Source: Somniosus microcephalus
Lineage: Eukaryota
Assembly (NCBI GenBank): GCA_052327205.1
Contig: CM126234.1
Span: forward strand, 27,032,001 to 27,096,000
Direction of reading: 5' to 3'
DNA: 64,000 nucleotides
Under the pieces are notes generated by a model. The model was not told where the DNA came from and did no database searches. It saw only the letters and a program-made list of their open reading frames with translations. Numbering within the stretch: the stretch's first letter is position 1; the number at the start of each line of letters is the position of its first letter. The translations under genes and the position numbers were made by a program. Below are positions 1 to 14,200 of the stretch, piece by piece.

Positions 1-119
1 ATTGATCAACAGCTAAGCAGATCCAGGTACAGGAAATGCTTCTGGAGAATAATGTTTTGAAGTGATCTTTTGCATACGGGATCATAATGTGTGTTCTCCG
101 CAGCTTGAGGAAGTCCGTT

Positions 120-1060
120 TTACCTTCAGTTGAACATCGGGAAGACTGAAGCCATCGTTTTGGGCTCCTGCTGCTCACTCTGCTCCCTTGCCACTAACTT
201 TGTCCCCCTACCCAGCTACTTGGTCAGGCTGAATCAATCCTTGTAAAACCTTGGCATCCTGTTCAAACCCCACATCTTGCTCTTCACCAGGACCACTTGC
301 TTCTACCTCTGCAACCAGCCCCCCAATCGCAGTTGAAACCCTCATTCACGCTCTTGTCTCCTCTCTTTTCCAGTGTCCCACACCAAGTCCCACTCGTCCA
401 TCACCCCCATCCTCGCTGACCTAGATTGGCTCCCTGTTCCCTAGAATCATAGAATTTTACAGCACAGAAGGAGGCCATTAAGCCCATCGTGCCTTGGATG
501 GCTCTTTGCAAGAGCTAGTCAATTAGTCCCACTCCCCTGTTATTTCCCATAGCCCTGCAATAGTTCCTTTTCAAGTATATATCCAATTCCCTTTTGACCT
601 ACACTGCCTTCTGTCCCCTCTACACATTGAATATAAAATCTTTATTCTCATCTTCAAATCCCTCCACTGCATTGTCCCACCCTATCTCCACAAGCTCCTC
701 CAACCTTTCGTCCCCTTCCATATCCTTTGATCCTCCTATTCTGGCCTTCTGTGCACTCTCTTCTTTCCTCACTCCTCCGCATTCACCTCACTACTGGTGG
801 CAGAGGCTTCAATCACCCCGGCCCAACTCTCTGGGGCTCCCTCCCTGATCCCCTCTACCTCTACTCCTCTACGTTTAAAGATCATCTTCAAAACCAATCT
901 TTTCAACCAAGGCTTTGATCACCTCTCCTAGCTCTGGTACTGTTGCTCAGCATCTATTCCTTTTGTTTTTTAAAGAATCTCTCTTTTCTCCCCCCCCCCC
1001 GAATAAAGCATCTTGGGATGTTTTCTACGCGGCAGAAACTACATAATTAAACGTTATTGT
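120..1060 (+). mobile_element. Degraded L2-type LINE 3' region, interrupted by a CR1 3' end (approx. 443-600, minus strand)
   Basis: L2-like text (aagactgaagccatcg, catcacccccatcctcgctgacct) also seen at 28465-29030. The insert begins tagaatcatagaa...cagcacagaaggaggccat. Confidence 0.7.
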
Positions 1061-1349
1061 TGAACAAGACAACACCGAGCCCTTGTTCTGTGTACAGCTA
1101 CCAAGCTTTGAGCGAAGAGGAGCAAATTGTCTATAATCTACCTGCTATATGACTTTTCTCCATGAGCAGGGAAAATGGTGTGCCGATAACACGGCTCATA
1201 TCTTGTTAATGGGTCATGTAGTCAAATTTGAATGTCTAGCTGCTATAAATGTGCAAACTGTATATCCTTAACAAAGTAATGGACCAGTATTTTCAGATTA
1301 TTTTCCACTTGGAAAAACATACTGACAAAATTAGTGTTTCTGTAGTGTA

Positions 1350-2940
1350 TAGGTTGCAGTGTCCCCGGTTAAGCAATGCCTCGATTTTAAAATTCTCATC
1401 GTTGTTTTCAAATCCCTCCATGGTCTCTCCTCTCGCTATCTCTGTACTCTCCTCCAGCCCCACAACATGACCAACACCCTCAGAAATGCCTTGTGCATTG
1501 GTCACGTCCACCATCTGAGCAGGTTTAGCTATAGTAGTCTCATGGAGATATGCATCCAATACCATGCAAGATATCCTCCCTCTGCACTGAGTGACTCCTC
1601 ACCTACGGTGATTTCATTCTCCATCTCAATTCACCTTGCCCTCTTTCCTCTGATTTCACTGCTCTCCTGTCCTCCATATAAACTCCCCATCTCGTATTTA
1701 CGGCCACCCACTTGACCGTGCCATCTCGTGGCCTCTACTCCCATGTTCTTGATCACCAGACCATCTTCGACCACTTTTTTGTATTCCTCATCACCCACAA
1801 CCCTTGCCTCCTTCCAATCCCACTATCTTCTGTGTCCGCCCCTGGGGAAAAACGCTTCAAGTTATTTAGACTTGCACTTTCAAACTGCCCACTGTCTTGC
1901 CTTTGGCCCTCCATTCACCATGATACTTCTGCATCTGTCGATCTGCTCAACAACTCCCTCTCCTTCACCCTTGTCCTTGCCCCCAGTAAAAGCTTTACTC
2001 TGTCTTATTCTGGTTGTTTCCCCTAGTATAGCCTCCATCTTTGCTCTGTCAATTCCCAGGGGTGCAAATGTCAACATTTCTGCAGCTCAACACGACATCT
2101 GGCTGGACCACATCAAGCACTCTCTGGTCTCGCTCTCCTCTGCTAAAACTGCCCGCTACTCCAGGATCATCCTACAGAGCAGAGATGACCCCTAGCTTCT
2201 TTTCTCCGCTACCAACTGTCTCCTTAAACCCCTGTCCTCTCCGCCTTCACCAACAAGAAATCTGAGGAGCTCATGAACTTCTTTGTCACGAAGATTGACA
2301 CCTTTCATTCAGCTGCCTGTACTTCTCCCTTCCTCTTGCCCACCAAGCCAAACCTCCCCCCACCCTAGCCCTGAATCTGCATCTTTCTCTAGTTTCTCTC
2401 CTATCTCCCTATCATGCCTTCACCGAGCTCATCTTGTCCATGAGACCCACGTCTTGTTGCCTTGACTCCATTCTCAATAAATGCGAACCACCCAACTTCC
2501 CTTCCTGGCTTCCATGTTAGCTATCATTGTGAATCGTCCCCTCCCCTCGCGTAGTGTCAAACCTGCCATTATCACCTCCTTCTCAAAAATCCCACCCATG
2601 ACTTCTTGACTCTTCTGTCCTTGCTACGATTGTCCCATCGCCATCGCCCCTTTCCTCTCAAGTCCTTGACTGTGTTGTTGCCTCCCAAACCTGTACCATC
2701 TTTCCCGCAACTCCTTGTTTGAATCTCTAATCGGGTTTCTGCCCCATAAAAAGCCCCAATCAAAGTCACAAATGACATCCTCCATGAATGTGACCATGGT
2801 GCACTATCCCTCCTCGTCCTTCTCGACATTTCTGCAGCTTTTGCGACAGTCAACTTCACCATCCCCTTCCAAACCTTTGCCTCTGTTGTCCAGTTCAGTG
2901 GGGCTGCCCTCGCTTGATTCTACTCTTGGTTCTTCTATCT
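1350..2940 (+). mobile_element. Degraded L2-type LINE fragments (endonuclease-linker-RT 5' part)
   Basis: C/T-rich sequence with disrupted motifs such as LSSAKTARYSRII and LVLLDISAAF (ctcgtccttctcgacatttctgcagctttt). Confidence 0.7.
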
Positions 2941-3874
2941 CATGCATGTTCATGAGGTTTCATCTGAGATGTCATCTTTTCAAGGCTGTAGTTCCATAGT
3001 TTATCAAATGGTTCCTCATAGCTCTTCCTTCTGATGCCAGGAACTCTCCATTATTCTCTGCTCTACGGATTGGCCGTTTGTATTGCAGTGACCAAAATTG
3101 TGTGCAGTACTCTAGATGTGGCCTGACCAAAGCAGTGTGCAGATTCAGCATGACCTCTGAGAATGGAACTCCACTGACTGGAGAGTATAACCCAGGCCAG
3201 CATCCTATTAGCTTTATTTTTTTGCCACCTCATTGTTTAGACACAGTGAGCAGCCAGTCACTTAACATCCCTAGGCCTCTTGGAATGTCTCCTTTTAGCT
3301 AGTTCTATCCTACCCATGGAGTATATGTAACTCCTCTTTTCACTTGCATTTATCTTTGTATTGAACTTTATTTGCCATTAATCACCCCAGGTGTGAACCT
3401 GGAAATTTTAAATGATGAACACAAACATTTATCTGTCAGCATGTGCCACTTCCCTTGAAAGGATGTATCACTTTAGTAAACATAAGAGACTTCGTGTTCG
3501 AGGCAGGCGAAACCAAGGACATCCATCATTCTAAGCGGTGACATGTTTTGGAACAGATCTTTGGGTATTTGCATTACAAAGCCACATCTAACTAAATGGG
3601 TGATTGAATGAATGTATTTCATTGTTGTTCCTTATGTGGCCAGGAACTGCCAGGCTCATTCTACTTGTCCTGTAGCTATATCTGTATTTAATGGGTTTCT
3701 CGTGATATCTACAAAGCAGCTATGTGGAGTAAAGCGTATGCTATTTGATCTGACCACTCAAAATAGATGCTTCAGCACTGCTGGGCTCCAAATTGGCCTC
3801 TGCAATAAGTGCTGCAGAATCCCACCTCCATTTTTCTGTGTCAATTTGCCACAATTATTTTTTTCTGCCAGATT

Positions 3875-4245
3875 TCTTTTCTGCCCTCCTCTAATCAGTG
3901 ACTTGTGTTGGGTGAGGTTCAATGGGAGCTAATAACCTCTTAATTAATACTTTGCTCAAGTGGCCATTCTTCATTTGTGAACCTAGTCGGTGAATTGTTA
4001 GCAAGCTATTTATCCAGTCATGTCCTCGCCTGATGTGCACACATACACACTCCAGCGCATGTGCAAACTGAGTAGCTATCGGGACTGGGAATCTTGGGCG
4101 ATTTTACCCCTCTTCCTATCCTGGGGTGTTGAGGGCAGTTGTAGCATCTGTACTGCTATCGTGGCTAAGATCAGCTAATTTGGACCAGAAACTGAACTGT
4201 TAGTCCTCCTAGCGCACATCTTTACCCATTGAGTCATCTAGGTAG
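3875..4245 (-). mobile_element. AmnSINE2-like tRNA-derived SINE
   Basis: Reverse complement contains gaagaatggccacttg and ttagctgatcttagcc, shared with the other copies in the window. Confidence 0.6.
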
Positions 4246-4687
4246 CAGGCTATAATTCATTTGTTTGTAGAATGCCAACAAGTGAGTAAGAATGCTAAAT
4301 TGCCTACCTTGGATACGGTCTGTCTTGTTCTTTGAATCTAGTTCAGTTTCTACATACAAAGCTCCCCCCCCCCCCCCCCCCTCCCCCCCCACCTGCACCG
4401 TGGTTCTCAATTTGGCCCGGTATACCTTTTTATGTGTCTTAGCCGAAACTTAGATTTCTTATTCTAAACTTCCTGATCAACTTGGTATGTTTGCTGCTGA
4501 CTTCTTTAAAAAGCAATGACAGATGATTCCAGAATCAGGCTTGTGTATATACATTCCTGGGGTTGGTGAAAACCACATGTAACCCAACTTAAAGGGAAAG
4601 TGGCCCATATTTTCTCTCATTTGGATGATTCATTCATTCAAAGAATGAGAATAGCTAAATTTCCCAATAGGTAATGAACATTAATTG

Positions 4688-5005
4688 GTATAAGAAATAG
4701 GAGCAGGAGTCGGCCATTCGGCCCCTCGAGCCTGCTCCGCCATTCAATAAGATCATGGCTGATCTTTGACCTCCTCTCCACTTTCCTGCACTATCCCCAT
4801 ATCCCTCGATTACCTTAATATTCAAAAATCTATCGATCTCTGTCTTGAATATACTCAACGACTGAGCCTCCACAGCCCTCTGGGGTAGAGAATTCCAAAG
4901 ATTCACCACCCTCTGAGTGAAGAAATTTCTCCTCATCTCGGTCCTAAATGGCCGACCCCTTATTCTGAGACTGTGACCCCTGGTTCTAGACTTCCTAGCC
5001 AGGGG
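4688..5005 (-). mobile_element. CR1 LINE 3' end
   Basis: Minus-strand peptide [36 protein letters not shown] plus CR1 3' UTR. Confidence 0.9.
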
Positions 5006-5130
5006 ATGTAGTTTAACATCTTTAGCAAAGCGCATGAATAAGTAGGCAATGATTTTGCAAAGAATATTTCTGAAATGGTGTTAAAATAGTTTATAATGCA
5101 TGGTTGGAACGGTTTCATTTTCTGTTGCAG

Positions 5131-5266
5131 CTATGAACGTTGACTCTGCTGAAACTAGTTGTTTAGCAGAAGAAGATGAAGCTGATCCGTCTGCATCTCG
5201 TGGCTGTTCAAAACGAGAGGGAGCATCAGAGCCTGTCTTGAAAGAGCAACACAAGGAGCAGTGCAG
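5131..5266 (+). CDS. KMT2D: KMT2D exon (approx. human exon 2), 136 nt, phase 1-2
   Basis: ttttctgttgcag|CT...TGCAG|gtaaga; open frame [20 protein letters not shown]...KEQC; phase matches the next exon. Confidence 0.8.
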
Positions 5267-8200
5267 GTAAGAGGGGAAATGTACAGAAGATGCTTGGGGA
5301 TCTGAGGGCATTCCTCAAATTTCTGGGACCGGGAAATCCACAATTCCACTTCATTTAGTCCATCATCAATGGTCAATGCCAATATTTGATGATTTGCGTA
5401 GGGGTGTAATAATCATGTACAGTGGAGGACAGAGTTGGGTTGGCCTAAATGCTATCAAAATAGTGGTTGAAAATTAGTTCTTTTTAACTGTGCGCTAAAA
5501 GTTCACTGAGTCAAGTCTTTCTAAGTACATGCTTTTAACTCCGATTGGCAATCAACATTACTTTTCATGATGCAGAATTTTGTGTGTGCTAATGGTTTGG
5601 GTTCAGTTAGCAATGGCTTTACTGTTATCAATTTAAATAATTATGAAGAAACAATTGAAAAGGAATCAATATTTTTCTGAATTTGTGACTAGTCATGAGC
5701 CGTCAGTATAAATCGGATCATGTAAGCAGAAGAAATAATAAAGATTAAGGTTATTAATGTTGAAAATTTGATGAGTTCTCTTCATAACTGATTTATTAAT
5801 GTTTTGAATCTTTTGTCCAGCTTGGAGCCGAAGCTCTGCGTATTTTGTAACTGTGGAGAGCAGAGTTTACATGGACAAAGAGAGCTAAAACAATTTGATC
5901 CATCGGCTGTGTTGGGCGAACTTGGAAATGGAGGGACTAACAGAACTGAGAGGGAAGCCAGTCTAGCGTCGAGGCAGCCGAGGGTTTTGGGGGTGGCGGG
6001 GCTCTCGGATGAGCTCGCACGAGTTGGCTTTGAGCAAAGTGAAACAACAGTGGCTCTCTTTGAGTCAACAGGTGAAAAACTATGCTTACTTTATTGTTCG
6101 AGTCCAGCATTTCCCCAAACTGTTCTCAAAACTTGATTTTACGGGTAACATTTCTGTATTAAATGTGTTGTATGCTAAACATTCATATAAAATGGTTTCT
6201 AACCCTTCTTTCCCCAATACATTTATGTTGAAAAGATTACAGTTTGGATTCATTAAAATTTTACAGTTATTTTAATCCTGTTAAATCTGTTACCTTTTAA
6301 TGACTTGAATGATGGAGCCTTTCGGGATAGCCCAGCTTCAATCTGGAGAATTGTATATGCCGATGGAGTCCTTGACAGATCATTGTCACCACGTACTTTG
6401 GCAGATTGAAGTCATTTTTTTAAAAACTTCATGCTGATGTAATACTGAAACCAAGTATGTTTTTGGTGAACTGGGTAAAGAGCAGAAGAATATGAATTTG
6501 ATGTAGGAAAAAGGTGATGATGGCCTGCAGGACCTCAACTGCTTTCTAGTTCCTACATTATTGTCTTATTCTAAAAGTCTGTGATTACAGAAGGTCAGAT
6601 TAAACTGTGCAGTTGAACTAACACTTCAGAGTTACCTTATGTAGACTTCATGAAGTGTGTTGTGACAAAGCTCTACATTGTCTTGGTAGCTGAGCCAGGT
6701 CCTGTCTTCATCTTGCATCCACAGGTGCACTTTCCATCTGGGTTGATTTTATCTCTCTCTTTCTCTTTCTCTTTCTTCCCCCCCCCCCCCCCCCACCACC
6801 AAAAAAAACAAAGACTCAAGTCAAATATCTAGTTTCTCCTCACTCATCTTTTGTTGCTACTGCCACTTTGGCTGCATTTGGGTAACTTATTATAGACTGT
6901 ATATCAAATCTGAGGCTTTCCTGGTCTTTGGATCAGTACCACACCATATGGTGCATTTACCCACTTGGCCATCATGGCATTTTCTGGTGTGTGATGATTC
7001 AGCGGAACACCTCTATGCAGTATGTGACATTATGTCAGCTTGGCTTAGTTGGTAATTCACTCTTTCCTGAGTCAGAAGCTTGTTGGTTCAAAGCTCGCTC
7101 CAGAACTTGAGCTCCTAATCTAGACTAATGCTGTAACGCACTACTGAGGGAGTGCTGCATTGTCTTTTTGATGAGACATTATCTCAAGACCTTGTCTGCC
7201 TGTTCCAGTGGTTCCGATTACTCTAAGGATCACATGGCACTATTTGAAGAGCAATGGATTCTTCCTGATTTTTGGCCAACATTCTTCCCTCAACCAGCAC
7301 CACCAAAAAATCATGAATTGGCCCGTCATCTCATTGCTATTTCTAGGATCTTGCTGTGCGCAAAATGGCTGCTGCATTTGCCTACATAATTTGCTGCACT
7401 TCAAAGTAATTGAAACGCGTTTGAGATCAGGCGCTAAATGCAATTTTTTTTTTTCCTTTTTATGTGGCGGGAAACTGCTGTGCAGCTGCCAAAAATTTGC
7501 AAACATTTCAACCTTATTCCTGTATACAGATGTCTTCCTCTGTGATGCTCTTGACTAATGCTGGGAATTGTGTTGGCTTAGTTGACTTTCTATTATTGAA
7601 GTGCAGTCGTGTAGAATGGGATAGTTTACATTGGGACAAAGCCATGGTAAAAGCACATAATCTGCAAATTGTCTTGACTTATCAATTTATCTCTGGCGAT
7701 ACTACTTGGTGCACTAGTTTTGCACACTGTCTTTTACATCCAGGACCTGGGTTTCAAGTTAGCCTAGACAAGATAGAAGTAATCTCTTTCAACCAGCTCA
7801 AACCAGTCCCGAGTAGACATGAGTCCACAGGATAAAAGTGTCCATAATTCTGAACCAGGTGGCAAAAATGAGATGTCATGCTAGTGGAAGAAGAATACTT
7901 TGAGAGATTTAGGTTAAGGTACATTGTTGTTGTACCAGGACTGTTGCCCTGCATCGAACCTGTTAATTGTCTGATGCTGACACGAGGTGCAAAAAGTAGA
8001 GAAAATATTATCGAGCATTGATGTCCTTGACTTCAGCATATTTTCCACGTCCTTTTTTTTGAAATTATCAGTGCTCCTAAAACAGGTAGTTTAAAAAATG
8101 TTTAGTTCTGGAGAGATTAATTTGCTGTACTGAATGGATTCCTTTTTTCTGCATTATTCACAGTCCAACCTGTGTATTGTAACCATCTAACACGATGCAT

Positions 8201-11200
8201 TGGAGATCTGAACTAGCTTGCACTTTGATTATTCCCACTAAACAGGATTTCATATACAGTAGTGGGATTTTCCAATTGGGGGGGGGGGGGAAACTGCTTC
8301 AAACTGTTTTTATTCTCCCCAAAATATTATTCAAATGTTAATTAATAACTGATCAATAAGTAAATATTTTCAAATTAATTTCCTTTTTATAAAAAAAAGA
8401 TAATTTAGTTAATATAAAACCTAAAGGAAAACAGCAAATTGACACTGCTCCACTAACCGGTTTTGTTTCTGCTCCTGAATATATATCTCCACAGGGCATT
8501 TCTGGGCTCATCATTGGTGTGCCGCCTGGTCAAATGGTGTTGAACAGGATGAGGGGCAAAAGCTGGTCAATGTGGACAAAGCTGTAATCTCAGGTATCTC
8601 ACAGGTAAGAGAGAAATTTCATAAGTAGTATATAGTCTACCCTTTTAAACTGTTAGAGGACTGTAACAAAATATTAATTGTCCTCTAAGATTATTACTGA
8701 CTTTTTGAGGGCCACAATCCCAACTGCCAACTTGCTCAAGGGCCACTCTCTGGAATGCTAAATGCTACAGCATGGAGTATTGGGACACCAATCTGTTTCT
8801 GCTGTTAGCCACAAATGTAATTGTGTGACTGTTGGCCATTGACTAGCGGAGGCATGGTATTTTCTGGGAGGAGAAACTGTTGTGCCAACTGTTGTATTTT
8901 AATAGGGTCCTTCAACTTGCCGTGTGGAAACTGGGATAACCCTATCTCTCAAAAACGTCGGCTTGCCTCCTTTTGCTGGAGTGCAAGAAAGAGGAATGGT
9001 ACTAAATCCCAGTTAACAACACCCAACTTCCCAGGCCATGTAATAGTGCGCCCACAGGCAATTGGAGCAGTTATGAGTATCTCTTGCTCCATAAGAAACT
9101 ACAATGGGGTCATAAAAGGTTTTGCTTGTCCTTCGTACTTATTTTTAGTAAGAATTCATTGTGAGAACAGTTTAGTTTTATGAACGAATAAGCGATTGAA
9201 GCTGGCACTTCATCTTGCCTCTTCAATGTGATGGTTCCCAGAGATGGGAGGAGGGCTCGTTTTTATCTTGCTCCCAAAATGTAGGCTGTATGGCAGTCAC
9301 TGAGAATTTTGATATCTGAAATGAAATATTGATTCTTATTGCACAGGGGTTACAGCAAGAATTGCAGTGGACTGTTGACATGTAATAATGTGTCTATTGC
9401 ACTGCAGCAAACTGGAATGATGACACATTAAATGTGTAGTTATTTGACTTCGCAGTCAAACTACACGGTGGATTTTTTCTCTTGAAATTTGCAATTGTGT
9501 AAATGTACCAATACTCTAATCCTAATATAGTTATTCGTTGCTCTGAACATTTGCCTGGTTTTTTTTTTGCTAAGTGTTGAACTAAAGGTAAATTATAGCA
9601 ATGTATAACATTTAAAAAGTAATATTGTTTATTTTCTTTTGCAGAAATGTGAGTATTGTAAACGGTTGGGTGCTACCATCCTGTGCCAGATGGAGGGATG
9701 TTTAAGATCGTACCACTTTCCTTGTGCAGCAGCATCTGGATCCTTTCAGTCAATGAAAACCTTGACCCTTCTGTGTCCAGAACATACCGATAAAGCAGTG
9801 CAAATAGGTACTAACGTATGCTTTAAATAAACTTCAGTGCTAAAGGTGTCATTTCCCAACTGCAAGCACTTAAATCTGGTGCAAGAAAAAGCTGATACGT
9901 ATGTGAATGTGATTTTTTTGTATTTAACGTGGGAATCACTAGCTCTTCAATGTCTGTGGGTAAATGCCGTGTCTGATGTGCTACTAAGCGATACAAAAGG
10001 TCCCAGGTTCAATCACTGGCGCTAATTTGCCTGATCTTGAAGGATGCGGTGGCAGGGGCCTGCAATTGGTCTCCGCAATCCTGGGTGAGGGAAGCTGAAA
10101 ATCAACCAAGGTTCACTGGTTGCTGTTCATTGACCCCTATTAGAAAGTGCACATATGTAGATGCTGGGTTCAGCTGGGGTATCTTCTTTCCCTCTCTTCG
10201 CCCTCCTCAAAGCATCCTCGATGACTGGGCATATCTGGAAGGCTGACCGCAGCTACAGATCTGTATCCCAGCTTCAGCTGGTGACATTTTTGAAGAGGGG
10301 GGGGAGAAGGAAGGAGATTAATTTTTTTTTAAACTTGACAATCATTTCATGACCAGTTTCAGTTGGGTAAATCTAAAGGTCTTCTAACATCGAAATGGCT
10401 TGCGTTCTCGACCACCTTCTATACTAGTCTATCTCTCCTGGCTTTGCACGCTGGTGGTCAAGATCAATTTGAATTTTTCATGTCAAGCAGGGTTAGAGGC
10501 TGGAGATAATTGAACCAACGTGAGGGGAAGGAAGAGGTAGATCGGAGGGCAAAGAGTGATGTCGAAAGGAAGGAAGGAAGGCAGGAAGGGAAGGGGAATG
10601 GCAAGGTGAGTGGGGTGAGGAGAGAGAAGACAGTGGGAAAGGAAGGGTGGAGAAGATCCAAGATAGACAAGAGGGTCAGAAGGAGGCAGGGAGAGGGGAC
10701 CTAGATGGGGAAGTGGAGAGGTGGACAGGAGAACAAGTAGAGGGAGGATTAGGTGGTAACTATAGGTAAGCAAATCATCTTTGGGGTGGGGTAGGCAAAA
10801 GGGGTAGGGAGGGGAGGGGGAGTCGCAAGACGTAGGGAGAGTTTAAATTTGATGGCAATGGACACAGTCTCAATTATTGTTGCACTGTTGCCCATCCATA
10901 CTTTATACATAGAAACATAGAAGATAGGAGCAGGAGTAGGCCATTCGGCCCCTGGAGCTTGCTCCGCCATTTAATGAGATCATGGCTGATCATCCAAATT
11001 CAGTACCCTGTCCCTGCTTTCTTTCCCTATCCCTTGATCCCTTTAGCCTTAATAAATATATCTAACTCCTTCTTGAATATATTTAATGAATTGGCCTCAA
11101 CTGCCTTGTGTGGTAGAGAATTCCACAGGTTCACCACTCTCTGGGTGAAGAAATTCCTCCTCATCTCTGTCCTAAATGGCTTACCCCTTATCCTTAGACT

Positions 11201-14200
11201 GTGACCCCTGGTTCTGGACTCCCCGGCCATCGGGAGCATCCTTCCTGTGTCTAGTCCTGTTAGAATTTTATAAGTTTCAATGAGATCCCCTCTCATTCTT
11301 CTAAACTCCAGCGAATACAAGCCCAATCGACCCAATCTCTCTTCATACGTCATTCCTGCCATCCCAGGTATCAGTCTGGTGAATCTTCGCTGCACTCCCT
11401 CCATGGCAAGAACATCCTTCCTCAGATAAGGCGACCAAAACTGCACACACTGCTCAAGATGTGGCCTCGCCAAGGCCCTGTCCAACTGCAGCAAGACATC
11501 CTTGTTCCTGTACTCGAACCCTCTCGCTACGAAGGCCAACATACCATTTGCCTTCTTAACCGCCTGCTGCACCTGCATGCTTACCTTCAGCGACTGGTGC
11601 ACAAGGACACCCAGGTCTCGTTGCACTTCCCCTTCTCCCAATCTATTGCCATTCAGATAATCTGCCTTCCTGTTTTTGACACCAAAGTGGATAACCTCGC
11701 ATTTATCCACGTTATATTGCATCTGCCATGCTTCTGCCCAATCACCCAACGTGTCCAAATCATACTGGAGTTTCTCGGCATCCTCCTCACAGCACATGCG
11801 CCCACCCAGCTTTGTGTCGTCTGCAAACTTGGCGATATTACACTTAGCTCCCTCGTCTAGATCATTAATATATATTGTGAATAGCTGGGGTCCTAGGACC
11901 GATCTCTGCGGTACCCCACTAGTCACTGCCTGCCACTCAGGAAAAAGACCCGTTTATTCCAACTCTTTGCTTTCTGTCTGCCAACCAGTTCTCTATCCAA
12001 GTCAATACCTTGCCTTAACTTTACACGCTAATCTCTTATGCGGGACCTTATCGAAAGCCTTTTGAAAGTCCAAATACACCACATCCACTGGTTCTCCCTT
12101 TTCTATTTTACCGGTTACATCCTTGAAAAATTCCAGTAGATTAGTCAAGCACGATTTACCTTTTGTAAATCCATGTTGACTTTGTCCGATCCTGTCACTG
12201 TTTACCAAGTGATCTGCTATTACATCTTTTATAATGGACTGTAGCATTTTCCCCACTACCGATGTCAGGTTTACCAGTCTATAATTCCCTGTTTTCTCTC
12301 TACCACCTTTTTTGAATAGTGGGGTAACATTAGCTACCCTCCAATCCATGGGTACTGTTCCAGATTCCATCGAATGTTGGAAGATGACCAGCAATGCATC
12401 TACTATTTCTAGGGCCACTTCCTTAAGTACCCTAGGATGTAGATTATCAGGCCCTGGGGATTTATCGGCCTTCAATCCCGTCAATTTCCCTACAAATACT
12501 GATTTTTTTTTTCAGTTCCTCCCTCTCATTAGACCCTATGTTCCCCGACATCTCTGGGAGGTTATTTGTGTCCTCCTTTGAATTACATAGAATATACAGC
12601 ACAGAAAGAGGCCATTTAGCCCAACCAGTCCATGCCGGCGTTTATGCTTCACTCGAGCCTCCTCAAATCCTTCCTCATCTAACTATCAGCATAACCCTCT
12701 ATTTCCTTCTCCCTTGTATGCTGATCTAGTTTCCCCTTAAATGCATCACGTGAGTGAATGAATGTGTGAGAGGTACTTATGAGGGTGTAAGAGGGCTTCA
12801 TAAGCAGCGGGGTACTTACGAAAAAAGGACATTGAGGTGCGTGGAAAATTGTGGTATGCGCTTGCATCTTGATGCTGGCTTACTGATGGGACGATTATGG
12901 AGTGAGCCTGGCAACGACTGTCAGCAGGGGGGTTTGGCCACTGAACTCTATTGACTGCAACAGCATAGCATCTGTGTGTTAACGTGGGCAGGACAAATCT
13001 GAAAATTGGCCAGGGGTACAAATCTTTTGTTAGCGAGGCGGGTGGTAAGAGAACTGGCAAACCTTTGTATACTGCCTGATTCCAATGGACGCTGCTTCAG
13101 TGTGCTTTCAGTTTCTGTCCCAAAGTCTCTGCTCCCTGTCTCCCGCCTTCAATGATACTTTGTCGGACAACCTAGTTATTGACTGCTGCTATCGCACTGA
13201 TTTCTGAACATGGTCTTGAACATCCCGACTCACTCAGAGGAGTAAAACTTTCTGGTGAAATCTATCTTTTATTCTCGGGTGAACTTCAACTTTATTGGGA
13301 AAAAAGACTTCTGGGTAGCAATGGAGAACACAATTCAGTGGAAATTTTAAGACGGCTGAGAAATAATGGGTTGCTCTAATCCACCATGGGATAATTTCAG
13401 TGTCAATACAGTTGGGCCCCCACATAAGTAAAGTAGGGCTGAACTAATTTGAACATATCACATAACATGACCCTTAACACTGCCTATAGGTGCAATATCA
13501 TTGGAATGTTGTGACCTGTTGATCTCCAGTACACGGGGAGTGAAGAGAAAGGGCAGCATTAATTTCAAGCTGGGTTAGAGGGTGAAGTGATTAAACCAAG
13601 GTGGGGTTGGGAGAGTGAGGAAGGGGGCATGGTGGGCGGGGGGGGAAATGTAGAGGGGGGAACAAGGGGCGGAGAAGGTGGGCGGGGGGGTGGCGAATGC
13701 TGTTCAGTGGACTGCATATCTGCGTGGGAAATCCTCTCTGTGCAAGGGGTGTGGGTTGCTAATTGATGCCCCGTTGTTTCCATTTTGAGGTGTTATATTA
13801 CATTGCCAGCGCCACATATGGAATTCTGAGACTAATTGTTTTTTAAACACACCCTAGTATGGATTACTGTAACACACAATAATTATCTTTCATTTATGTG
13901 GTGAAAGTTGAACCAATGATAAAAGCCCACCTCCAATTCCAATTTGTGAGCCAATCCAAATCGAACACGCTTACAATAGACTCGTGATGACCCGAGATGA
14001 AACAATTGCATAAAATCAACAAGGATGGTGTTGGTATTTAGACGTAACTGTTTCCCTGACTAGATGAGTCCTTTTTCTAATGGTTGTAACTGCCAATAGG
14101 TAATTTTGTTTTCTGTTAGCAAAACTAATCTGAAGCCAGATGATTGAGATTGCTGTATAAAAAATGAATGCCTGGATACTGTAGTTGTGAGCATCATTCG

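Noticed and set aside
1-5130. KMT2D first coding exon or promoter
   Set aside because: No CpG island or convincing ATG exon with a phase-1 donor; it probably lies upstream of the window.
11027-12484. Functional or domesticated reverse transcriptase gene
   Set aside because: 5'-truncated CR1 ORF2 broken by a deletion/frameshift; a routine interspersed repeat.
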